A stretch of DNA of 64,000 nucleotides. It comes from a virus (taxonomy: Duplodnaviria > Heunggongvirae > Uroviricota > Caudoviricetes). A program made the translations under genes and the position numbers. The notes under the pieces are model-generated. The model did not search any database. It saw nothing but the letters and a program-made list of their open reading frames with translations, and was not told the DNA's origin. Each line of letters starts with the position of its first letter. The stretch's first letter is position 1. The stretch lies in the IMG/VR virus record IMGVR_UViG_3300020045_008999, positions 416,001-480,000 of that record; one strand, given 5' to 3'. Positions 56,026 to 64,000 of the stretch are shown here, in pieces.

Positions 56026-59000
56026 TAGTTGTTTATTTTATTAGTTGTTGTAGTAGGGACTACTTCTAAGTAATATTGCGTGTCCCAATTTGATTTAAAT
56101 ATGAATAAATCCATTACAGAATAACCAAATTCGTCTATCATTGGATATATAGATTGGGTATCTTTAGCATTTCGCAATTTTAAAATATTATTTTTTCGAT
56201 TTACCTTGGAAATCACTAATTCACGAACCATACCAAAATTTACTAACGTAGTGTCAAATTTATAATTCCCGCTTTTATTAATATTAGTCTCAAACAATTC
56301 AATTTTTTGAAAAATAGGCGAATATACACCGGAATGTCTAAACATACTATTATAAACTACATTATTCAATCCATGATACCCACTAACCAAATTAGATTCG
56401 GATGTTCTTTTGTTAATATTCGTTGCGAGTCCAATACCACCGTTGTACCAATTCAATTTTTCATAAGATGATACATTTGATTTATCTAATTGCTTAGATA
56501 TACTAAATTTATTCATATTTAACTGAATATTATTATACTCCAATGATCCGATCAACGTATAAAATTGATCCGGTTTATCAATTGATAAGTAAGTAGGTAT
56601 TTTATGTATATTATTACCATCATAATAATCATATGATCCATTTTCATTAATTACCACGTAACGAATCGATTCAGAAAACCCATTTGTTTTATTCAAATTA
56701 TTAACAACTTCAATGAAATTATTTGCAGTCAATTTTCCATATTCATAAGAGTACAAATTATCGCGCACTACATCCGATATATTCTTCAAAACACCATCGG
56801 ATGAAGTTATATTAATGAAAACATTCTTCCATTTATTATTTATGTAGATTGTTATATAGTTATCAACGGTAGATCCATTTGCGCCAGATATATAATACCC
56901 ACTATTCATTTGGACAATATAACCCATTTCATATAAGTAGTTATTATCAATTTCAAACGAGTGTATTTTGGTCCATACCAAGTTATTATACCCAGGTTCA
57001 CTATTATCCAAATCAGTGCGGGACAATTTATACAAAATTCTATCATTAACCACACATGAGTTAATCACATAAGAGGTGTTAGGCTGCCATACGGGTATAG
57101 TTTTCCATTTCTCAACATCACCAATGGTTAATACATAGTCTTCCCATACCGGACTGTTTCCGGGCTCAGCAACAGCCATACTAACAACCACATTATTAAT
57201 ATTATAACGATATAATTTTCCCAATCGATATACTATGGACCCATCAGCATATTCAAAGGCAGATAATGGGTTCCAAAAATCAATCACATCACTATCCAAT
57301 GATGCCAATTGTCGATATTCACCATCATAGAAAACAATATCACCAATAGCTGGATTTACCGAGTACAATGGTGTCCACACACCATAAAAATTACTATTAG
57401 TAGAATTCGATATACCACTACCCAATACCCATTGGTCCGAATTGGCCGGATTAATATTTGGGTCACTTTCAAATATAATATTACCAACCGTCGGCGCACA
57501 GTTCCATAGTGTCCCATAGTGGTTAACCACATCACCTCTGTTATAATTAATACCATGTTCATAAACGGTGATAGGTACCCACTCACATTCCGCTGGGGTG
57601 TCCATCAAGCCAGTTTTGTCCAACACTTTATCATTATTAGAAAACAATATACTCAATTTATACTCACCATGCGACACACTAGGCACCAAATTCATATCAG
57701 TTATGCCATACCCATCCATTATAATAGAACGAACATCATAAATATTGAATTTCATGCCCCTAAACACGCTATTATCCGGGGTTACACCATCACCATTGTT
57801 AAACGACGACCATTTATTAGTCGATACTGATCCAAATTTATATTCAACGGATTTACCAAAATAATAAGTGAAATAGTCACCACTATACCCACCCATATTT
57901 AGATATTTCTCTAAATCAAAATCATGATTAATATGCAATGAGTGACCGTCATATATTTTGCTACGTTCCTCGGACATTATGGTATAAAAGTAGTCTAAAT
58001 TCCGATCCGAACGATCGGGTAATTCGGAATAAACATTAACACATCTATTGAATTCCTCACCTATTATTGAATTATTCAACAAATGTGGATAATCATGACA
58101 TCCAATCGAATTATCATATCCCCACTTCACCCATTTTGGATTTTTTCGCCACAATGTGCTGAGATCCCCATTCTCAATTTGAAATATTTCAGAATTTCCA
58201 ACGAATTCCGAACTAACCGGTATATTTACCATTACATTATTAATCGTAAATTCATCCATTTCTGGTGGATTTGATGTAGATGCATAGTCCGTGTAATATA
58301 TTTTACTCTCGTCAGTTCGCACCAATGATTCAGCAATTTCGTATTCAAAATCGGCATATTTCGTATTCAGAATACTATTATCAATCGATTTAATATCACT
58401 AAAATTGCATCGATATATTTTAAACGTTTTGGGTGAGTTACCACCAAGTCTCATATCTACATCAATTGTAATATTACCACCACCAGAGGACAAATTTAAA
58501 CCATTTGATGTTGTGGTAAATGCGTAGTCACTATTTATATATAATGTCCCACTAGAATCCATATTCAATTTTAATAAATTACTATCGATATCAATCAACC
58601 ATAAATCAGCGGTTGCAAAATCCAATGACTCCATTACAGTACTAACACCATTGATAACACCATCTTGGGAAATAGTTATTACATTTTTATTAAAATCAGC
58701 ATTTGTCTTACCTACATAGCTTTTATCGGAAACAATTCTCCATTTGGCGATGGTTTTTATTGAATTATTCTGAATAATCACATCCCCGTCAACATTCACT
58801 ATCCCATATCCTACAACATCATCAAATTTCACAACTTGGCTATATATCCCATCAATTTCAATATAATAAATTGAAGCCAAATTCGCATCAATAAATGGTG
58901 TATCAAAGCCTGGATGACTCAATACATTATTATCCAAGACGGTAATTCCAGAAACTAATTCAATAGGTCGATATACGGTCACACGTTTGAAAAGTTCCAG

Positions 59001-59831
59001 GTCATCGAAATAAAATCCCATATATCGGTTAAGCGACCATTTATTTACCGCCAATGGGGTACTTGGCGTATCATCAAACAGGAAACTAATATTTAATATG
59101 TTGGGGAATGCAATGCTATTACTGGAATATAGGTCATATAAATATGAATTCATCCCATGAAACGTATTCTCACTTGATAATACATCCGAAGTCATTAATG
59201 ATTTAGTTACATACCCGCCCCCGTAAACATCAATACCACTGATGGTAGAAAAATACCCATCTCGAAAATCAACATTCAACGAATTAACAATTCGGTAATC
59301 ATTATCTACATAATTTTTATACATCCAATCACCGAACACCGAACTTCGGTTCATATCAAATGATTTTACTACTTTCATATTATTTACAATCTCAACTAAG
59401 AAATTATCCTTATCAAGGTTAATATTACCGGGTCCATCAACTCTAAATATTATAAAATTAGACGGTAAATCACCACTCACATAAAGCGGTGCGAAGTATT
59501 CATATTCCTCAGAATATCCTTTGTTGTTATAAATATTTCTAGCCCCCATGTGATACAAATCATCAATTTGCCCATGGAATGTGGTCCCCATATTGCTATT
59601 ATCCGAATCATATTTCACATCAAAGAAAATATCACTTGGGATTTTATTAGCAAATAAAGATAATGTCTCATCGTATAGGCTATCTTTATTAAATTCATAT
59701 TTTTTATATGACAAACCAGATAATGCAACATTACTATCAATTGATTCCAGAAACATTCGATTTCCGGAATCAATCATTACTTTGGTATTAGTAGTCAACC
59801 CTACATTTGTTTTTAATATTGAAAAACTCAT
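56025..59831 (-). CDS. Large virion protein with carbohydrate-binding-like (W..+Y..GD.V) repeats
   Basis: YNRGDVVNHYGTLW, IGDIVFYDGEY, WQPNTSYVINSCVVNDRILY. Confidence 0.6.
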   Translation of the reverse strand: MSFSILKTNVGLTTNTKVMIDSGNRMFLESIDSNVALSGLSYKKYEFNKDSLYDETLSLFANKIPSDIFFDVKYDSDNSNMGTTFHGQIDDLYHMGARNIYNNKGYSEEYEYFAPLYVSGDLPSNFIIFRVDGPGNINLDKDNFLVEIVNNMKVVKSFDMNRSSVFGDWMYKNYVDNDYRIVNSLNVDFRDGYFSTISGIDVYGGGYVTKSLMTSDVLSSENTFHGMNSYLYDLYSSNSIAFPNILNISFLFDDTPSTPLAVNKWSLNRYMGFYFDDLELFKRVTVYRPIELVSGITVLDNNVLSHPGFDTPFIDANLASIYYIEIDGIYSQVVKFDDVVGYGIVNVDGDVIIQNNSIKTIAKWRIVSDKSYVGKTNADFNKNVITISQDGVINGVSTVMESLDFATADLWLIDIDSNLLKLNMDSSGTLYINSDYAFTTTSNGLNLSSGGGNITIDVDMRLGGNSPKTFKIYRCNFSDIKSIDNSILNTKYADFEYEIAESLVRTDESKIYYTDYASTSNPPEMDEFTINNVMVNIPVSSEFVGNSEIFQIENGDLSTLWRKNPKWVKWGYDNSIGCHDYPHLLNNSIIGEEFNRCVNVYSELPDRSDRNLDYFYTIMSEERSKIYDGHSLHINHDFDLEKYLNMGGYSGDYFTYYFGKSVEYKFGSVSTNKWSSFNNGDGVTPDNSVFRGMKFNIYDVRSIIMDGYGITDMNLVPSVSHGEYKLSILFSNNDKVLDKTGLMDTPAECEWVPITVYEHGINYNRGDVVNHYGTLWNCAPTVGNIIFESDPNINPANSDQWVLGSGISNSTNSNFYGVWTPLYSVNPAIGDIVFYDGEYRQLASLDSDVIDFWNPLSAFEYADGSIVYRLGKLYRYNINNVVVSMAVAEPGNSPVWEDYVLTIGDVEKWKTIPVWQPNTSYVINSCVVNDRILYKLSRTDLDNSEPGYNNLVWTKIHSFEIDNNYLYEMGYIVQMNSGYYISGANGSTVDNYITIYINNKWKNVFINITSSDGVLKNISDVVRDNLYSYEYGKLTANNFIEVVNNLNKTNGFSESIRYVVINENGSYDYYDGNNIHKIPTYLSIDKPDQFYTLIGSLEYNNIQLNMNKFSISKQLDKSNVSSYEKLNWYNGGIGLATNINKRTSESNLVSGYHGLNNVVYNSMFRHSGVYSPIFQKIELFETNINKSGNYKFDTTLVNFGMVRELVISKVNRKNNILKLRNAKDTQSIYPMIDEFGYSVMDLFIFKSNWDTQYYLEVVPTTTTNKINN

Positions 59832-59832
59832 A

Positions 59833-62800
59833 TTATATATCGGTATTTGAATTGGTCGTACTTGATTTTGATCTACGTTGCTTCACACTTACATTTTGTA
59901 AACTGTCAGAAATACTAGGTACTGTTGATGTTGTTTTTTTAACAATTGTTCGGTTGCGATTAAGTACGAAAATTACAGTAAATACGAATGGTCTATTCTC
60001 AGACTCACTTTCCATAAAAAATTTTATTTTCTTGGTGTGTTTAATCGATTGTGTGAATTTATTCAAGTTAACATACTGAAAATCTTTACCAACCTTAGTA
60101 TTATCCAAAGCATTCATTTTAAAATACACATTAAGGGGAATGTTTATATCATCATTTTCATTAACTCCCACCACTTTAACCTTATCAGAATTCACCTCAA
60201 CTATATTACCTAAATCACTAACAACCGGATGCACACTGGATAATAACTTAGTCGTACTTGCAATTGATGTGCTTGGATCAATCCATTTTGATGAATCCAA
60301 TAATGAATTATTATTATTCACAAATGCTAGAACACTTTTATCAGAATATCCTAAATTAAACTCAGAAGATGCTAAAATATTGGTTATACTATTATTAGTG
60401 CTAAAATTATTTCCAATATTATCAGACAGTTTAACCGCATTATTCTGAGTGATTCCCTCATAATTAACCATCCATATAAATTGGTTGTCTAATTGAGTTT
60501 TAGTTCCCCCTGATACATTAGATGCGATCAATTCATTTTGATCATTTACCCAAAAAGACTGTGGTGCTGCAGGATTATAAATATCAGCCGATGAATAATC
60601 CCGCCCAGATAATAATCCTAATGGCGATTGAGTTGATTTATTCTTCACTTTAAGCATAAAGTCCTTAATTACATATATACTATTCGTATAAACTCTACCG
60701 GTTTGAATTCCGGTCCCGGTAAATGAATCAAGATAGTCCTCACACTCAATGTTAAATGTAATTTCACCGCCATTTTTCACCACAATTTGGTCATTGTTAC
60801 GGAATATTATAACTTCCAATTCACCAGTGGTTTTATTTATTTTTGCTTCTAATGTGCTTATCTTAGCTTCCAAATATTGTAAATATGCATACAAGTCAAT
60901 ATCCATTTTATTAGAATCCTTAAACCCTGATATAATATGTGATGCTTTGTGGTGGTATGTGGTATTATTAATTGTAGTAGTATCACTTAAATGCTCATCA
61001 ACCCCCTTAGCCGCCAAATCACTTTCAATTTGCACCTTCAAATCCTCACGCATGGCCTCTAATTTAATGGTCTCAACATCAATAGAAGCAACATTCATCT
61101 CACTTGGAAATTCACAAAGTAATGTATTGGACCAATCAGATTCAGTCAATGATGATGGGTATCCAACCTCAGAAATAGATTTAATTCGAATTTCAACACT
61201 CTCATTTGAACTAATAGGTATTTCTAGCTGATTCGAGTTAATAACATTACCATCACCAACTAAAGTAGTTTCCCATTTATAAGAATCCGTAGTTACATCA
61301 TATAGACGTTTTCTAGGCTCTGTTAAAAAATTATTCCATGGTGAAAATATTGCAGTTTGTTGCCCATTATCAGCCGCTAATTTATAAGTATCAGTACCAG
61401 ACTCTCTACCATCTAGCGTTAAATAGCGATACTCTATACGAAATTGTACAACCTCTTGTGGTGATGTACCAAATGCAATTGCCGCTGCTGGAATATTCCA
61501 AAAACCCCTAATTCTATATTTTGCAACATCATTATTAGATACCGCATTACTTTCCGATATAATATCAGTTACTAAACTTGATAATAATTTAGACTTGGAT
61601 TCTTTCTGTTTATTTAATTTGACAATTTCATTTTCAAACTGACTCTTTGCAGAATCAGAGGCAAATCTAGTAACGGTCAATTGTTTATTTTTATTCAAAA
61701 TAGCCTCACTCAGCTGTCCTATCTCAGACTTTAAACTAGTTTGTTGATTATATTTTGCTTTCAATGAACTTGATCCATTAGTATCAGTCAAATGTTTATT
61801 AATTTGCACCACTTTAAAACTTTCAGACGAAAGTACTGGTGCATTTGGTACTACTGCATAAATATTTGGAATATTTTTCTTAGTCAAATCACGCAAAACA
61901 GTACCATAATCATCCACCTTGGACACATAATACTGCGAAAGACTCATTCCATTATCACTATCCCCAGAATTTAACTTTAAATCACTAGTCCAATACCCAA
62001 TACCACCAGACCAGTTTTTAGATAAGATATGATTGTCGGTATTGATCGGTTTAATGAACAACACATTGCGCTCATTATAACCTACACTTACACGCAATTT
62101 TTTATTTTGAAATACGGGTGAATATACTTTCAATGTACCCACACCAACTGGAATCGGATCATTCCCTTCTAATCGCTCTAATCGTATTCTCGGATTAGTC
62201 ATAGTAGTAGAAATTTCGATAATTTTATACCGAGTCGTAGATTTATCAACATTGATTATTAATTCCATATTAACCACTAACTCACTAATAACATTTGTTA
62301 GAGTATTAACATATTTCAACGTATCTAAATGATACCATAACATATTATTTAAAGTGTCTTCTTCAATCGATAAAACACTATATTGCCCGTTATACGAAAG
62401 CCTATTAGACTCCATCTGAAAATCTTGTTCGTCATAGTTAATATTTGCAGAATTCTTAATACCCGGTGTAGTAAGCAACCAATTTACAAACTCGGTAATA
62501 TTAATATTAGACTGGTTTCGATACAAAGAGTTGAATGATGCTAGTGCAGTATTCCCATTCGCGGTCAGTGTACCACCAACATCTTCAAATTCAACAATAT
62601 ATCTTCTAATTTTACAAGCACTCACATTATCTTCAACTTTTCCACTAAGATCTAGGTCTATAAAAAGTTGTGGATTTAACAACGAATCAAAAAACCAGTT
62701 TTTACTAATGCTAAAATTACCAATAGGTTCTAATGTAGTTATATCATTAGGTTCTTTATTGAGATCAACGGTGATGACTTTCTTATACTTATTGCTGGCG

Positions 62801-63060
62801 GTCTGAATAAGTGCACCACTACCATTAATGTTATAAATTGATTCTATATTCCCATTTAACCTTTCAATTTCTGATTTCAAATAACCAAAACTTGGAAAAT
62901 TCATCTGCTTACTAATACCGGATTTATCAATAATATTCACACTAATAGATGGGTCCGACGAAATTGTCAACTCATTGAGTTTTGTAAGTAGTTCAACAAC
63001 ATTAGTATTGTACATTATTATTTGTTCGGCAACACTTGGGAAAGAACTTTTTATAGCCAT
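59833..63060 (-). CDS. Large putative virion (baseplate/tail) protein with coiled coils
   Basis: 1075 aa; TAATATATA at 63085-63093. Confidence 0.6.
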   Translation of the reverse strand: MAIKSSFPSVAEQIIMYNTNVVELLTKLNELTISSDPSISVNIIDKSGISKQMNFPSFGYLKSEIERLNGNIESIYNINGSGALIQTASNKYKKVITVDLNKEPNDITTLEPIGNFSISKNWFFDSLLNPQLFIDLDLSGKVEDNVSACKIRRYIVEFEDVGGTLTANGNTALASFNSLYRNQSNINITEFVNWLLTTPGIKNSANINYDEQDFQMESNRLSYNGQYSVLSIEEDTLNNMLWYHLDTLKYVNTLTNVISELVVNMELIINVDKSTTRYKIIEISTTMTNPRIRLERLEGNDPIPVGVGTLKVYSPVFQNKKLRVSVGYNERNVLFIKPINTDNHILSKNWSGGIGYWTSDLKLNSGDSDNGMSLSQYYVSKVDDYGTVLRDLTKKNIPNIYAVVPNAPVLSSESFKVVQINKHLTDTNGSSSLKAKYNQQTSLKSEIGQLSEAILNKNKQLTVTRFASDSAKSQFENEIVKLNKQKESKSKLLSSLVTDIISESNAVSNNDVAKYRIRGFWNIPAAAIAFGTSPQEVVQFRIEYRYLTLDGRESGTDTYKLAADNGQQTAIFSPWNNFLTEPRKRLYDVTTDSYKWETTLVGDGNVINSNQLEIPISSNESVEIRIKSISEVGYPSSLTESDWSNTLLCEFPSEMNVASIDVETIKLEAMREDLKVQIESDLAAKGVDEHLSDTTTINNTTYHHKASHIISGFKDSNKMDIDLYAYLQYLEAKISTLEAKINKTTGELEVIIFRNNDQIVVKNGGEITFNIECEDYLDSFTGTGIQTGRVYTNSIYVIKDFMLKVKNKSTQSPLGLLSGRDYSSADIYNPAAPQSFWVNDQNELIASNVSGGTKTQLDNQFIWMVNYEGITQNNAVKLSDNIGNNFSTNNSITNILASSEFNLGYSDKSVLAFVNNNNSLLDSSKWIDPSTSIASTTKLLSSVHPVVSDLGNIVEVNSDKVKVVGVNENDDINIPLNVYFKMNALDNTKVGKDFQYVNLNKFTQSIKHTKKIKFFMESESENRPFVFTVIFVLNRNRTIVKKTTSTVPSISDSLQNVSVKQRRSKSSTTNSNTDI

Positions 63061-63169
63061 CGTTTGGATAATTTTAATTTTAATTATATATTAAAACATT
63101 GTTACCACGTTTAAAAATTTTTATGTACATTTGCTCTCAAAGTATTTTAACGATTAAAAAACATAACAT

Positions 63170-64000
63170 ATGAACCCAATAGAAGAACTAGCAGCAAACA
63201 TTAGAATTTGGAATAAAGCATATCGAATTGGTAATTCGATAATAAGTGACGCACAATATGATTACGCAATCGAACAATTATATGAACTGGATCCCAATAA
63301 CGAGGTATTTTTCGAAATCGGGCATGTCATCATAGATGAAGCACGTAAGGCTAATCTTCCAACGGTAATGGCTTCAATGGATAAGTATAAAACCGAAGAA
63401 GATCTAATGAAAAAATGGATCAATAAGATTGGGTTAATACCAACTGATGAAATTATCATCAGCCCTAAACTAGATGGGATATCTTTCTGCGTGATAGAAG
63501 ACAAGAAAGAAGGATTCACCAGAGGGGATGGTACTATTGGTCAAAAGTCAAACGAACATCTTAGTATGGTTGGTAACAACACATTAACCAACCCCATACC
63601 TAATTGTATCACTTTTGGTGAAGTAGTTATGGCCAAACAAGTATTTGTTGACAAATATTCGGAAGATTTCGCAAATCCGAGAAATTATGTCGCGGGCTTG
63701 TTCAATTCAGATGATGCAACCGATCCATTATATGATTGTGATTACATAAGATATGGACTAATCACCGATGATAAACGATTCCAAACAAAAGAAGATAAAT
63801 TTATCTACTTAAATGAAAATCAGTCAGTTAAAATTAATTATTCGGTAATTAAAGTTCAAGATTTAACCGAAGATTTATTGATTAACCTATTCAAAGAATG
63901 GTCAGATGTATATGATATAGATGGATTGATCTTAGAAGTGAATGATCTTATCAAACAAGAACAACTAGGCCGTGAACGCAACCAAAACCCAGCATGGGCC
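63170..64000 (+). CDS. ligA: NAD-dependent DNA ligase (3'-truncated by window; absent from ORF track)
   Basis: AYRIGNSIISDAQYD, MASMDK, SPKLDG, FTRGDG, GEVV, FANPRN, IDGLIL. Confidence 0.92.
   Translation, partial: MNPIEELAANIRIWNKAYRIGNSIISDAQYDYAIEQLYELDPNNEVFFEIGHVIIDEARKANLPTVMASMDKYKTEEDLMKKWINKIGLIPTDEIIISPKLDGISFCVIEDKKEGFTRGDGTIGQKSNEHLSMVGNNTLTNPIPNCITFGEVVMAKQVFVDKYSEDFANPRNYVAGLFNSDDATDPLYDCDYIRYGLITDDKRFQTKEDKFIYLNENQSVKINYSVIKVQDLTEDLLINLFKEWSDVYDIDGLILEVNDLIKQEQLGRERNQNPAWA

Overview
AT-rich, gene-dense 64 kb segment of a T4-like jumbo phage genome, standard genetic code. The host is probably Bacteroidota, inferred from TAnnTTTG promoters and Shine-Dalgarno-free A-rich leaders. 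It carries head genes (gp23-like capsid, gp21-like protease-scaffold, gp14-like neck) and large virion/tail genes. Replication and nucleotide genes include a split class Ia NrdA, NrdB, the N-half of a split family B polymerase, gp41-like and DinG-like helicases, a PolA-like protein and an NAD-dependent ligase. Host-like genes include RNase R, ClpP and a multi-S1 protein, and there is an 8-tRNA operon. Main finding: the tRNA operon is preceded by an unannotated 35-codon leader ORF with 24 consecutive codons for only the 7 amino acids carried by the downstream tRNAs. An antiterminator/terminator pair follows, ending 2 nt before the first tRNA. This looks like a ribosome-mediated attenuator that senses tRNA shortage and switches on the phage's replacement tRNAs. 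Also seen: about 14 proteins with T4-like capsid-targeting N-termini, three promoter classes, a shared C-terminal peptide motif and an attC-like cassette. All functional calls come from motif recognition by eye; no searches were run.
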